Shown here in pieces: positions 23,227-37,787 of a stretch of DNA of 64,000 bases. How positions within the stretch are numbered: position 1 is the first letter of the stretch; each line of letters opens with the position of its first letter. The DNA is from Eledone cirrhosa (Eukaryota). A model generated the notes under the pieces. The model saw only the letters and a list, made by a program, of their open reading frames with translations, was not told the DNA's origin and did no database searches. Made by a program: the position numbers and the translations under genes. The DNA lies in assembly GCA_964016885.1 (NCBI GenBank), contig OZ024743.1, forward strand, positions 64,108,001 to 64,172,000, in the 5' to 3' direction.

Positions 23227-25537
23227 GGCCGATCACAGCGGGCGAAATAGAAGATGCCCTAGGCCGCTGTGGGAAACGCAAATCACCCAGTTTAGATGGT
23301 CTACCCTATGAGTTTTACATAGGCATGCTAGATCTGTGCTCTGGTGTCCTCGAAGCGGTCTACTGCAACTGGCAGCAGAACGGGAGGATTCCCAGTTCTG
23401 TAGGCAGAGGTGTAGTAACGCTGATCAGGAAAGATGAGATAAACAAGGGGGATGAAATAAGCAATTTCAGGCTCATAACTCTGCTCAACACAGAGTTAAA
23501 GATTTTGGCCAAGGTGTTAGCAACAAGGCTGGCGCTTGTCGTCGAGAACCTGGTAGGGGAAGCGCAAACATGTGCAATCCCGACCAGGTCCATACACAAC
23601 AAGCTCCACCTCATGCAATACATCATAGAGAGGGTAAGGTGTAAACCTGGCTTCGGTGGGGCTCTGATCAATTTAGATCAGTCTAAGGCATTTGATAGGG
23701 TCGACCATCAATACTCAAGGCGGCAGGCTTCGGTCCAGTCTTCAGAGGCTGGATCGCTGCCATGCACACCAGCATCTGCTCAGCAGTCAAGGTGAATGGC
23801 GTTCCATTCGTCAAGGATGCCCTCTCTCCTCCATTCTGTATGTACTGACTGTAGAGCCATTACTGCGGAAGTTGGAGCTGTTGCAGGGCATCCCGATTGA
23901 ACCAGGGCTGTGAAAAGCAGTGTCGGCCTATACCAATGACATAATCGTAATGGTGTTGAAAACATCGGACATCGGGGTAATCGGCAACCTATTACAGGAA
24001 TACAAAATGTTGACAGGAGCAAGACTAAACCCAAACAAGTGTGTCGGTTTGCAACTCAGCACATGGAAAAGCAAACCCATGCCTTCTGACAGTGTCGTTG
24101 GACGCTGGACGGAAGGACCGGTGAAATTGCTCGGGGTCTGGTTTGGTGCAGACCTCCAGGTGGACAAGAACTGGAACAAGGTCACGGCAATGGCTGAGTG
24201 CAAACTCTCCTTGAAAGGTCGAGCGGAGGTGGCAAACACTTACATAGCATCCGTCATCTACTACTGCTTGACAGTCGTGCATTGTCCTTGTGAACACCTC
24301 ACCAAAATGGAATGCCTACTCTTCAAGTTCCTCTGGAAGTAACAGGCTCCATTGGTGAGGAGATCCATCTGCTGTCAACATGCTTCTAACGGAGGGCTGC
24401 ACATGCCGTGGCTGATGATGCACAAACACGTGCTGAGGCTACGCCATCTCCAGGTATTCCATACCGGCGAACCGGTGTGGGTGTCGTTTGTGAGACGAGC
24501 TCTTCCACACACAACTCATCTCACTAAAAGATCTGCAATCCTGGGTCAAGCGAAGACCGAAAATTGGCGCCTTGTACCTTGAGTGCCTTCAGGCACTCAG
24601 AGCATTCTACCAAACGGAAATAGCAATCAGCGGAGACTCCACTTCGACATTCTATAGGGCATTAGTGGAGGATAAGTGCGACGACATTCTCGGGGAAACT
24701 CTAGGCATCGAGGAAGACGAAGTGACCAGTCTGTTCGGGAGGACTTTCCATCCAGGGTTTATGGATAACTTCTGGAGGTCTCTGGCCTGGCAGTGCTACC
24801 GAGGAGCTCTACCAGTTCGAGACAAAATTTACAGGCACGGATGCCCTAGCAGAGATCCTGCCAAAAAGACCTGTCCAAGATGCGAGTAGGACATCAAAAC
24901 CAATCTGCATGCAATTGTTCAGTGCCCAGGGGTGACCGACCTGTGGAATTATGTCGAACAACTACTGTCATGTGTGGGACACATCCAGTTGTCAGCTGAG
25001 CCCATCGTGAGGATCACCCCGCTGCCTTCATTTAAGAATGAAGGAGAGGCTGTGTTCCTCTCTGTCTGGTGGCTATGGCGAAACAGGTAATATGGTGGAT
25101 GAGGTTAAAAGGACTGAAGGCAAACATCTTTCTCTCCGGACAACAACCCATCCCATTCTTTAAGTACCACTTCAGAAGGAAGGTGAGAGTGGAGAGAGAG
25201 GTGCTACACTCCAGTAAATTCACTGAAAGGTGGGTGAATGTGGTGAAAATGGCCCGAGTGAACGGGCCTTCTCTGTATATAAACCTGTAGGTTGAGGAAG
25301 ATAAACAGAGGGAAGACGGGAACACCTACAAAACGTGTTCCTGGTGTTGAGGGTTGTTCTATCCACGGGGTGTACAACAACTCCGCAGTAACGCTCCCCC
25401 CTAATGGGGATTTTGATTGTTTTATTTTATATATAGTTTATTGTTATTCATCATTGTTAAAGAGTTTAATGAAAACCCCCGCCGTCACGTCTTGTAATGT
25501 CCCATTTTTGTACGCCCCTGTGGCAAATAAAGAAGGA
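23227..25537 (+). mobile_element. L1/Tx1-clade LINE, 5'-truncated, multiply frameshifted
   Basis: NFRLITLLNTELKILAKVLA, LDQSKAFDRVDH, IRQGCPLS, AYTND, KLLGVWF, GGL.MP, CPRC..H..QCP zinc knuckle. AATAAA at 25526. (TATC)n on both flanks. Confidence 0.87.
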
Positions 25538-25675
25538 TATCTATCTATCTGTCTATCTATTTATCTATCTATCTGTATATCGATCTATCTATCTATCTAT
25601 CTATCTATTTACCTACTTACCTACCTATCTATCTGTCTGTCTGTCTATCCATCCATCCATCTATCTATCTAAAGA

Positions 25676-25710
<35 letters not shown>

Positions 25711-26473
25711 TTATCCGAATAAATAATGAACAAATAAAATAAAGAAAGATATCTATCTATCTATTTATCTATCTATCTGTATATCTATCTATTTATTTAT
25801 CTATCTATCAGCCACTCCCCAGCTCCATCCCCAGCCTAACACCTAGCCCCACCCTGCCTGACACCAGCCATTAGTCATCCCCGCCCCACTTCATATTTAT
25901 ATCACAGCTTCTCACTCTATTCTCTACCTATATTCTCTACCTATATTATCTCATCTCAAGCTTTAGGTGGCAGGGTCTATGTTTCTAGAAGTTTCAAGAA
26001 AGCCTTACTTACAGTGTCATTATCAAAACAATCTTAAAATATATGGGGGAAGGGCATTTAGATTGGTGAATGGGCAGGAGGGGCTTCTATGGTGGGGCAT
26101 CAGTTGTGTGTGTGTGTATGTGGGGATGTGTGTGTCTGTACTTGTATATGTGTGTATTTATGAATGTGTAAGTATATATGTGTGTTGTATTGGCTTCTGC
26201 TCAATGTGTGTCTCTGTGTCTCTGTGTGTGTCAATGTGTATGCATGCCAGCTTCTGTTCAAAGTGTGTATGTATGGGGGAAGGGCGATATGTGTGTATGT
26301 GAGTGTGTTTGTCTGTGTGTGTTTGTATGTGTGTATATCTGTCTACATGTTTTTTCATTCTACTTCTCTGCAAATCTACCTCTAGGGTTATTTTTTTCTT
26401 TTCTTGTATACACACACACACACATATATATACATATATATATATATCTTGTTGCTACATCTACATTTTAGCT

Positions 26474-26533
<60 letters not shown>

Positions 26534-26799
26534 CTACATCTACATTTTAGCTGGTATTTAATAGGTTTATATCTGGGGTAAAACATAATAACAGGGTGGG
26601 GCACAGAACGTGGCCTTTTCTGGTAGTTTTTCTTTTTATTTTCTAATGTATCACTGGCAAATACAAACACACAGGCAGGCATGGTTGTGTGGTTAAAACG
26701 TGTAACCCTTGAAATAATTCAACAGATAGATACTATTTTATTCTTTCATTAGTTTCAGTCATTAGATTATGACAAGAATTGGACTGGATCTTAAAACTA

Positions 26800-27480
26800 G
26801 TCATAGGTGTGTTTTCACTGGTCAGCTGTTGACTAACTAAGACTGCTGAGGGTCAGAGGTATGTTTTTCACTCCTCAGCTGTTGACCGCTAAGTCCCGAA
26901 AATGAGCTTTCACTGCTCAATTAAAGTAACACTGGTTAACAGAATGCTGAGAGTTACAGGTGTGTTTTTCACTACCCAGCTAAAGTGACACTGATTAACA
27001 GACTGTTAATTGCAAAGGGCCAGAGGTAAGTTTTCACTGCTCAGCTAAAATAACCCTAACTAACAGACTGCTAAGGGCCAGAGGTAAGTTTTCACTGTTC
27101 AGCTAAAATAACCCTAACTAACAGACTGCTAAGGGCCAGAGGTAAGTTTTCACTGTTCAGCTAAAATAACCCTAACTAACAGACTGCTAAGGGCCAGAGG
27201 TAAGTTTTCACTGCTCAGCTAAAGTGACCTTAACTAACAGACTGCTAAGGGCCAGAGGTAAGTTTTCACTGCTCAGCTAAAGTGACCTTAACTAACAGAC
27301 TGCTAAGGGCCAGAGGTAAGTTTTCACTCCTCAGCTAAAGTGACCTTAACTAACAGACTGCTAAGGGCCAGAGGTATGTTTTCACTGCTCAGCTAAAGTG
27401 ACCTTAACTAACAGACTGCTAAGGGCCAGAGGTATGTTTTCACTGCTCAGCTAAAGTGACCTTAACTAACAGACTGCTGA
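26800..27480. repeat. 58-bp minisatellite (~8 conserved units plus diverged upstream units)
   Basis: CTAAGGGCCAGAGGTAAGTTTTCACTG.TCAGCTAAA.T.ACC.TAACTAACAGACTG at 27071, 27129, 27187 and onward. Confidence 0.95.
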
Positions 27481-27564
27481 GGGAAATTGATAATTTTTCT
27501 AGGTTGTCTCTGTTGTTTTTTTTTTAAACTAGAATTAATCGTTTAGTTTACAGATTGAGACCTC

Positions 27565-28658
27565 CATCATCATCATCATCAATCACCATTTTATGTCCGC
27601 TTTTCCTTGCTTGCAAAGGTGGGACGGGTCCTATTCAGTACAGCATCTCCACTGTGAGCCTCAGCGATCTGAGGTCTGCTCTCACCACCTCCACCCATGT
27701 TTTTTGTAGTCTACCTCTACCACGTCTTCCTTCAACTGGCATTTCCTGGCACTTCTTCACCCATCGGTCATCCTCCATGCGCATCACATGTCCATACTTA
27801 CTACTTCTACTGTCTAATTTCCAGTAGACAGTTATAAAAATAAATGGGATGGATTGGAGAAAGGAACTGGCATAAATTCTATAAAATGCACACAATGCAG
27901 ATCTTGGGTACAGAAGAGATGTAGTGGGATAGCAGGCAAACTAACAGGTAGGGAGAAGTATGTATGCAGTAGATGTACAGGGAAATTAGACAGTAGAAGT
28001 CGCATTGATAGACACATTTTTCAAATGCAGGTGGGTGCTATAGAAGTGGTTGATAGCTTCCGGTACCAAGGAGATCAGATTAGCATGGGAGGGGGTTGTT
28101 CCGAGGCCATAGTATCTAGAATAAGGACGAGTTGGAAGAAGTTTAGGGAGCTGCTTACTCTGCTGACGAAGAAGGGTTTCTCCCTATGTACAAAAGGCCG
28201 GTTATATGATGCCTGTGTGAGGAGCGCGATGCTGCATGGTAGTGAGACATAGGCAAGAACTGCAGAGGATATGCGACGGCTGGAGAGAAATGAGGCAAAC
28301 ATGCTTCATTGGATGTGCAATGTCCATGTGCGTGAACGACTGAGCATAGATGTGTTGAGAGAGAAACTGTCTGAGAGGGATGGAATGTAGTGTGTGAGAG
28401 AGGAGACTGCGGTGGTATGAACATGTGATGCGCATGGAGGATGACCGATGGGTGAAGAAGTGCCAGGAAATGCCAGTTGAAGGAAGACGTGGTAGAGGTA
28501 GACCACAAAAAACATGGGCGGAGGTGGTGAGAACAGACATCAGATCGCTGAAGCTCACAGTGGAGATGATGAAGGACCGTGACAAGTGGAGAGATCCTGT
28601 GCTGAATAAAACCCATCCCACCCTTGCAAGCAGATGTAAAATGATGATGATGATGATG
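27565..28658. mobile_element. RTE family B rearranged insertion: minus-strand 3' end (27565-27822) head-to-head with plus-strand 3' part (27856-28658)
   Basis: Both parts match 36640-37450, with (ATG)n tails at both outer ends. Confidence 0.85.
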
Positions 28659-28789
28659 GGATTTCTAGTAATGTACTCTTTTGTCATGCTTAAAGATCTT
28701 AAATTTACAGAGGATTGAAAAATTTTATATTTATAACTACAGTTATTTTATGCTACAGATTTCTAGGAAAGTATCACATGATCCACATC

Positions 28790-29105
28790 ACAGGTGCAAT
28801 GTGTCTGAACACGGAAGGGCCAAACTCCCACTGTCATTGCCTCCATCTCTCTTGCCCTCCCCATCTCTCTGTTTAGTGAGCAAATGGGGTCCCACATGCT
28901 GGCCGCCCCTCAGCCCTGGTGGACAGAATAGAGAAGGCATTTCCCCGGAGGATGGTAAGGGAGATACGCTAGAAGAGGCATTCCATCTTGTGAGGCTCAC
29001 ACATACGGTTGGCCAGCTCAGCGTCTATGAAAGTGAGTAGGGAGTAGCCCTAGGGCCAAGGACACCAGAAGTCTCCACTGCCAAGGGCATGACTGCAAAC
29101 CTTGA
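28790..29105 (-). mobile_element. CRE-like non-LTR 3' fragment
   Basis: Minus translation RFAVMPLAVETSGVLGP..CLF*RISLTILRGNAFSIL, typical of a CRE RLE C-terminus. Confidence 0.7.
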
Positions 29106-29389
29106 CAGGAATGCTACCTCTTAAAATAAAATTTTAGATTAGCAAAATCTAATAAATGGGGGAGGTTGGAAAAAATCTGAAAAATTAATAGAGGTCCAAG
29201 AGTAGACACAAAGCCAGAAATTATGGGAGTAAAGTTGATTATATTGAACCCAGTAGTTGACTGGTATTTTATTTTATCAACCTCAGAAAGACGAAAAGTC
29301 AGGTTGGTCTTGGTGGGATCTGAAGTAAAGGAATGGAACAAATACTGTAAGATATTTGTCTGATTCTCTAATGAGTGTCTGCTGGCACC

Positions 29390-29700
29390 AGTTCCTATCA
29401 AATGATGAAGTCAACTCATGTTGCAACATCAAGTCGATCAGGAACATTCTTCATAAACATTGGTTGAGATGGTTTAACCACACACTTTGGTGTCAACCAG
29501 GTGAATTCGTCTGTAAGGTAGTTGATCCACAACCACTTCAAATGACATGATAGACAGTTGAAAATTTGACAGCACACCGTGAAAAGCAATGTTGAAATAA
29601 TCCACCGGGGTCCAAGTGTTTTCGGCACCTGCCATAGGTGTCCAGGAGGGACACCATGAATTCCTTTAATGAAGCTGGCTCAAACCACCCTGGGTGAATG
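29390..29700 (+). mobile_element. Old LINE (RTE-group) C-terminal remnant
   Basis: SNDEVNSCCNIKSIRNILHKHWLRWFNHTLW..GPSVFG resembles the RLRWFGH thumb/C-terminal region. Confidence 0.5.
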
Positions 29701-29754
29701 CTGCCACAAGTACAAGTAATGCTCTGATGATTCTGACAATTCATCACATACAGT

Positions 29755-30060
29755 CAAGGTTGGCTTTAGACCTTGAAGGCCCCGGGGCACTTCAGGTTTG
29801 GGTGGGGACCCCTCATACACAAAAAATTATAATGCACAGCAAACCTCCAATTTTACATATCAAAGTTAGTTTTGCGCAAGTAATTGGAATTCAAAGGTTA
29901 TGCATACAGGTATTAAATTAAAAAATTCTAACCATCCTAAAACTAAAAAACCCAACTGAGGGCACAAATGAATTGCTACAGCTGTCACTTGTAGGCCCCC
30001 TCCCCCACTGCAGGGGCCTGAGGCAATTGCCCCCTTTTCTCCCTATTAAGTCTAGCCCTG
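29755..30060. mobile_element. Possible hAT-type MITE
   Basis: Ends CAAGGTTGGCTTTA / TAAGTCTAGCCCTG, GC-rich GGCCCC subterminal motifs, and 8-bp flanks CATACAGT / CATACACC. Confidence 0.45.
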
Positions 30061-30559
30061 CATACACCCTAATGTAAGATGGATTTACGTGTAATGAAAA
30101 CAGCCAAACAGCCAGGCTTGTTACACAGATTATCATGCTGAATCTTCCTGGGAATTACATTAAAGGTGCTTGTCACTGAGGAATATTCAGCAACTTCCAT
30201 TGAGCACACATCACTGGAACCAAAGAAGACCCAACCAAGATCTGAAACTATTATAGTCATCATTCACATTCAAATAAGGCTTGGTAGTAATACCATACAT
30301 TTGTTAAGGTTTCAAGGTGTCCACGCAGTCGTGAATAGACACAGTTACTCTCTCAACTCTCTCTTTTAATCCCACAGAACATCCAAGATATGAACGCTGG
30401 AAGGAAAGAGGGCTGCACTGTCACTGAACTAGCTCTGACTGGTTCCTGGTATCTTCTATATCAAACCTAAACGCTATAGATTTTGTCTTGTATTCTATTG
30501 TTTTTTTAACATTACAAATCTAACTGTGAGTGTGTGTCTGTGAAACATACACATACGCA

Positions 30560-30770
30560 CCACGTCTGAACACAAAGGAACCAAACACCCACTGTCACTG
30601 CCTCCGTCTCCCCCACTCTCCCCATCTCTCACTATTGTGAGCAAATGGGGACCCATGCGTTGCCTGCCCCGTGGCCCCGGCCAACAGAATAGAGAAGGTG
30701 TTTCCTCGGAGGATGGTGTGGGAAACACGCTGGAAGAGCCATTCCAGCTAGCAAGGCTCACGTTGGCTAC
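30560..30770 (-). mobile_element. CRE-like non-LTR 3' fragment
   Basis: Minus translation WLFQRVSHTILRGNTFSILLAG. Homologous to 28790-29000. Confidence 0.7.
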
Positions 30771-31303
30771 TCGCAGGTGTGAACCTAAAAGAATAAAAGA
30801 TAAAGTGTACCTTGGTAGGACTTCAACTCAGAACACAGCAGCCTAGAACAATTAGACAATGTTCTCCTACAACTCTGCCAAATCTCCAACCCAACATATA
30901 TATCTACTTGATGTAAAATGTAGCTCCAGCATGAGTGAGCAATGTGTTAGTGAGTGAATCACTGTGTAAACATAATATTGAATCAGGTATTTCATTACAT
31001 AGTAAAGGAGAATACCGACAGATAACGAATTATCTTTGACACACTCTTTATGATAATTAGATGGCTCTGGAGGTAACGGCATAGTTTTAATAATTAGAAT
31101 ATCCAACAGCTTAAGTATATTCAGATATCTGATACTGTAAAAACACTATTAGTTGATGGATTTTACACACACACACACACACATGCACGCACACACACAC
31201 ACACATGCATGCATGCACACACACATACATATATATATATATATCCTTTCAAATATTTGTCAGGAGCCAAGTATTTCCAAATAGACTTTTATTTAAGCAA
31301 ATA

Positions 31304-31360
<57 letters not shown>

Positions 31361-32375
31361 CTATATTAATTATATATCATTACCTTTGCTACCTTCTGGT
31401 TTCATACCTGAACAGGTCATTTTATTTCTACATCTGCTCTGTATACTTTAAGCCATATGGTCATATCTGCATTACTATAGTGGTAGATTGGCAGTATTGG
31501 TAGAGCTTTAGACACCCTGCTCCTTGGCATAGAGTTACGGCAGGAAGCACGGAGGTTTTGAAGGATGCAGTGACCCGTCAGCTAAAAACTGATGCTGCTA
31601 GCTTGTTCCATGCTTCACCAACTCTGAGCATGAAAAATGTTCCCTAAAGTCATGGGAGCTGTAGTGTTCTGACTTTGTAAGCATGTTCACGTGTGTTAGA
31701 CATATGGAATTCAAAAAAGTGATGATTAGGTCATGATTTTGATTGTTCCTCTGCACATTTTGAACTTCCATGCACAATCTGAGGGGAAGGCTATAACTGG
31801 ACCTTGAAACCTGAGGTTGCATGTTCTTGTTCTTTGTATAAACATAAATAAATACCTTCTATCGAGGGCAGAGAGGAGGCTGTCATGTCCTTGTCACAAC
31901 TGAAAGGTCCTCATAACTCTTTGTTTGGCAAGCCTTTTATGGTTGAATGTCCAACCACTTTATAGCAGGAATAAATATTATATATATATTATCACCACCA
32001 CCATCATCATGTCCCCTTTCCTTGCTAGCAAGGGTTGGACAGGTCTACATATCCCAAGTCAGTACTGAAGCAGGGCTATTGACCTCCCAAAAAAGCCAAG
32101 ACTCTCTGCATCACATTTATGTATGGTCATATGTTCTATGGAGTGCACAGGAGAGGTTGTCATGTCCTTAACATGACTGAAGGGTCCAACGCTTTGTTTG
32201 GCAAGCTTTCTATGGCTGGATGCCCTTCCTATCACCAACCACTTTACAGCATGTACTGAGTTTGTTTATCATGCAGATCCCCAACACTAGGGAGGCTGCC
32301 ATGTCCTTAACATAAATATATATATATATATATATATGCAACTGGTGCAGCCAGTCATTGGGGTACCACTCTAGA

Positions 32376-34048
32376 CAGTACCATATTGTACTATGCAGTA
32401 CCATATAGTACCATATAGTACCATACAGTACCATACAGTACCATACAGTAACATACAGTGTCATATAGTACCATGCAGTACCATACAGTACCATACAGTA
32501 CCATACAGTGCCATACAGTACCATACACTGCCATACACTAACATACAATACCATACAGTATCATGTTGAACCATACAGTACCATGTTGTACCATACAGTA
32601 CCATATAGTACCATATTGTACCATACAGTACCATATTGTACCATACAGTACCATATTTTACCATACAGTACCATACAGTACAATACAGTACCATACAGTA
32701 CCATATTGTACAATACAGTACCATACAGTATCATATAGTACCATATAGTACCATACAGTACCATACAGTACCTACAGTACCAAACAGTACCATACAGTAC
32801 CATACAGTACCATACAGTACCATACAGTACCATACAGTACCATACAGTACCATACACTACCATACAGTACCCTACAGTACCATACAGTAACATAAAATAC
32901 CATACAGTACCATGTAGTACTATACAGTACCATACATTACCATACAGTAACATACAGTAACATACAGTACCATACAGTACCATGTTGTACCATACGGTAC
33001 CATATACTACCATGTTGTACCATACACTACCATACAGACCATATAGTACCATGCAGTACCATACAGTACCATACAGTACCATTTAGTACCATTTAGTACC
33101 ATACAGTACCATACAGTGTCATACAGTACCCTACAGTACCATACACTACCATACACTACGATACAGTACCATACACTACCATACAGAATCATACAGTACC
33201 ATACAGTACCATACAGTACCATACAGTACCATGTTGTACCGTAGAGTACCATACAGTACCATACAGTATCATACAGTACCATAGAGTACCATACAGTACC
33301 TACAATACCATACACTACTATATACTACCATACAGTACCATACAGTACCATACACTACCATACAGTACCATAGAGTACCATACAGTACCTACAGTACCAT
33401 ACACTACTATATACTACCATACAGTACCATACACTACCATACAGTACCATAGAGTACCATACAGTACCTACAGTACCATACACTACTATATACTACCATA
33501 CAGTACCATACAGTACCATACACTACTAAGTTGTACCATACACTACCATACAGACCATATAGTACCATACAGTACCATATTGTACCATACAGTACCTACA
33601 GTACCATACAGTACCATGTTGTACGATACAGTACGATACAGTACGATACAGTACCATACAGTATCTACAGTATCATACAGTACCATACAGTACCTACAGT
33701 ACCTACAGTACCTACAGTACCATACAGTACCATACAGTACCATACCATGTCATTCAGTATCATACAATACCATACAGTACCATACAGTACCCTACAATGT
33801 CATATAGTACCATACAATACCATACAGTACCATACAATGTCATACAATACCATACAGTACCATACAGTACCATACAGTACCTACAGTACCATACACTACC
33901 ATACAGTATCATACAGTACCATACAGTACCTACAGTACCATGTAGTACCATACAGTACCATACACTACCATACAGTATCATACAGTACCATACAGTACCT
34001 ACAGTACCATGTAGTACCATTTAGTACCATGCAGTACCATGCAGTACC
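32376..34048. repeat. 10-bp satellite (CAGTACCATA)n, ~1.7 kb
   Basis: Direct inspection; variant units TGTAC, CACTAC and CAGTACCTA. Confidence 0.97.
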
Positions 34049-34499
34049 AGTAACTTGTAAGCTATGTGGCTGTGAAATAAACTCCTTAAGCTGATGGTCC
34101 TAGCTGCTGCACTTATTATTTTGTGAATTCAATCTCATGTACTAAATCTGTTAGTAATTATTACTGTTAGCTAGTATTATAGATAACTTAACTTCACTGA
34201 CAGTTTCACTATTTAAATGGAGATTACGTTGGTGTGGTAGGGATTGTTTACATAAGTTACTGGGGAAGATGGTGGCTATATAATCACATATATAGACATA
34301 TGTGACAGTGATGAATTGGTTTCGCAAGCTTTTTGATATGAAATTGTGTGTTGACCCTCCCCAAATATACCCAGATAGACATATACATACATATAGATAT
34401 ATAAATATATACATACATACATACAGATATATAGACATATACATACATGCATATAGATATATAGACATACATATAGACATACATATACATGCATATAGA

Positions 34500-35360
34500 C
34501 ATTTATATAGATATACACATGCATACAGACATATAGACATATAGACATATAGACATATAGATATATAGACATATAGATATATAGATATATAGATATATAG
34601 ATATATAGACATATAGATATATAGATATATAGATATATAGATATATAGACATATAGATATATAGACATATAGATATATAGACATATAGATATATAGATAT
34701 ATAGACATATAGACATATAGATATATAGACATATATATAGACTATAGACATACATTACATATAGATATATAGACATATAGACATATAGATATATAGATAT
34801 ATAGATATATAGACATATAGACATATAGACATATAGATATATAGACATATAGATATATAGATATATAGATATATAGATATATAGACATATAGACATATAG
34901 ATATATAGATATATAGATATATAGACATATAGATATATAGATATATAGATATATAGATATATAGACATATAGACATATAGATATATAGATATATAGATAT
35001 ATAGACATATAGACATATAGATATATAGATATATAGATATATAGATATATAGACATATAGATATATAGATATATAGATATATAGATATATAGACATATAG
35101 ACATATAGACATATAGATATATAGACATATAGATATATAGATATATAGATATATAGACATATAGACATATAGACATATAGATATATAGACATATAGACAT
35201 ATAGATATATAGACATAGACATATAGATATATAGACATATAGATATATAGACATATAGATATATAGATATATAGACATAGACATATAGATATATAGACAT
35301 ATAGACATATAGATATATAGAAATAGACATATAGATATATAGACATATATAGACTATAGA
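34500..35360. repeat. 8-bp satellite (ATATAGAY)n
   Basis: Mix of ATATAGAC and ATATAGAT units. Confidence 0.97.
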
Positions 35361-35908
35361 CATACATATAGACATACATTACATACATGTATATAAACAT
35401 ATAGACAGACATATAGCAATACAGATAGACATACAGATAGACAAACATACATACATACATACATATAGACATACATATATACATACATATAGACATGCAT
35501 ACATACATGGACACAAATATGCATATATACATTCATAGACACAGATATGCATACATACATACATGTATACCTGCATAAATATATACACATATACATATAT
35601 ACATACATACAGGAAATACAAATAAAAATATACATCTATAGAAGGAGGGAGAGAGATTGGAAATGCAGGATATATATATGTATACACACACATATATATA
35701 TGTGTGTGTGTGTGTATATGTGCGTATAATGTAGTGTATAATGGGTGTATAATGCAGTGAAAAATCTGAAGGTTATATCGACAGTTGGTTGAGCACTCAG
35801 TCCAAAGAACAAGTTGGGTATAGAGTTGATTCCACAACAATTATATAAATGTATATATATATACACATACACACACAAGCACACACACACACACACAAAC
35901 ATATATAT

Positions 35909-37452
35909 GGTGTCATACCCAAAGACTGGTGCAGCAGTATTCTCATAAATTGCTACAAAGGTAAAGGGGATGCTTTGGAGAGGAGCAATTATAGGGGTAT
36001 AAAACTGATAGATCAGGTTATGAAAGTGGCAGAAAGGATTCTAGCACAACTAATTAGAGAAAGGGTCAAACTAGATGAGATGCAGTTTGGTTTTGTGCCT
36101 GGGAAGAGTACAACAGATGCCCTCTTCTTGGTGAGACAAATGCAAGAGAGGTTCTTAGAGAAGAATAAGCCACTATACTTAGCCTTTGTTGACCTAGAGA
36201 AGGCCTTTGATAGGGTACCCCGATCTGTCATCTGGTGGTCCCTAAGGAAGCTGGGTGTTGAGGAATGGCTTGTAAGGACAGTGCAAACTTTGTACAGAGG
36301 TACTCTCAGTAAAGTCAGGGTAGGAATGGAGTTTAGTGAGGAATTCCAGATACAAGTAGGAGTACATCAGGGTTCGGTCCTCAGCCCGCTCTTGTTCATT
36401 ATAGTCCTCCAAGCCATAACAGAGGAGTTTAAGACTGGCTGTCCATGGGAACTTCTCTATGCTGACGATCTGGCTCTTATGGCAGAATCAGTAGAGGAGC
36501 TAGAGAATAAATTCCGGCTATGGAAACAGCAGTTGGAAGCAAGAGGACTGAGAGTAAATCTAGCTAAGACAAAAGTGTTGATGAGTAGAAAAGAGGACAA
36601 AACCCTGATTCCGTCAGGGAAATGGCCATGTTCGATATGCAGAAAAGGAACTGGCATAAATTCTATAAAATGCACACAATGTAGGTCCTGGGTACACAAG
36701 AGATGTAGCGGGATAGCAGGCAAACTAACAGGTAGGGAGAAATATGTATGCAGTAGATGTACAGGGAAATTAGACAGTAGAAGTCGCACTGATAGACACA
36801 TTTTTCAAATGCGAGAGGGCGCTATAGAAGTGGTGGATAGCTTCCGGTACCTAGGAGATCAGATTAGCATGGGAGGAGGGTGTTCCGAGGCCATAGTATC
36901 TAGAATAAGGACGGGTTGGAAGAAGTTTAGGGAGCTGCTTCCTCTGTTGACGAAGAAGGGTTTCTCCCTGCGTACGAAAGGCCGGTTGTATGATGCCTGT
37001 GTGAGGAGCGCGATGCTGCATGGTAGTGAGACATGGGCAGCTACCGCAGAAGATATGCGACGGCTGGAGAGAAATGAGGCAAGCATGCTCCGTTGGATGT
37101 GCAGTGTAAATGTGCGTGAACGACCCAGCATAAATGTGTTGAGAGAGAAACTGTGTCTGAGAGGGATAGAATGTAGTGTACGGGAGAGGAGACTGAGGTG
37201 GTATGGACATGTGATGCGCATGGAGGATGACCGATGGGTGAAGAAGTGCCAGGAAATGCCAGTTGAAGGAAGACGTGGTAGAGGTAGACCACGAAAAACA
37301 TGGGCGGAGGTGGTGAGAACAGACCTCAGATCATTGAAGCTCACGGTGGAGATGACGAGGGACCGTGACGAGTGGAGAGATGCTGTGCTGAATAAGACCC
37401 GTCCCACCCTTGCAAGCAGGGAAAAGCGGACGTAAAATGATGATGATGATGA
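35909..37452 (+). mobile_element. RTE LINE family B, 5'-truncated, uninterrupted ORF to 37435 with PHD-like finger
   Basis: Open frame GVIPKDWCSS..LLYADD..CSIC..CTQC..H..C..CSRC..GRPRKTW. Almost no 3' UTR; (GAT)n tail. Confidence 0.93.
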
Positions 37453-37595
37453 TATATATATATGTATATATGTAGGAGGTGAGTTTTATTGTAGCACAAT
37501 AAAGCAATGCAAATATCGGATAAGTAGCACTCTACAGTTTGTAGGACTGGAGTATAAATAATATAAGATCAAAAGATGGTTAAAAGAGTTCCAAG

Positions 37596-37666
37596 TATTT
37601 TATAATGCGCATTTCAAAAACAAATATCATCATGGGATGATATCTGCGTTCTCATCAGATAAAATA
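37596..37666 (-). ncRNA. Minimal type I hammerhead ribozyme
   Basis: TATTTTAT-CTGATGA-GAACGCAGATATCATC-CCAT-GATGATATTTGTTTTT-GAAA-TGCGCA-TT^ATAAAATA. Confidence 0.82.
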
Positions 37667-37686
37667 AGCTCCATATCATGTATCCC

Positions 37687-37757
37687 TATTTAATCTGATG
37701 AGAACGCAGATATCATCCCATGGTGATATTTGTTTTGGAAATGCGCATAATAAAATA
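37687..37757 (+). ncRNA. Minimal type I hammerhead ribozyme (one helix I mismatch)
   Basis: TATTTAAT-CTGATGA-..GCAGATATCATC-CCAT-GGTGATATTTGT..-GAAA-TGCGCA-TA^ATAAAATA. Confidence 0.75.
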
Positions 37758-37787
37758 CTTGGAACTCTTTTAACCATCTTTTGATCT

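Noticed and set aside
32210-35840. Long ORFs rich in Y/I/C/M/V/H/T, including the 418-aa ORF at 34276-35532 (similar ORFs at 17354, 45566, 50217, 54255, 58400)
   Set aside because: These are translations of stop-free microsatellites and 8/10-bp satellites, not proteins.
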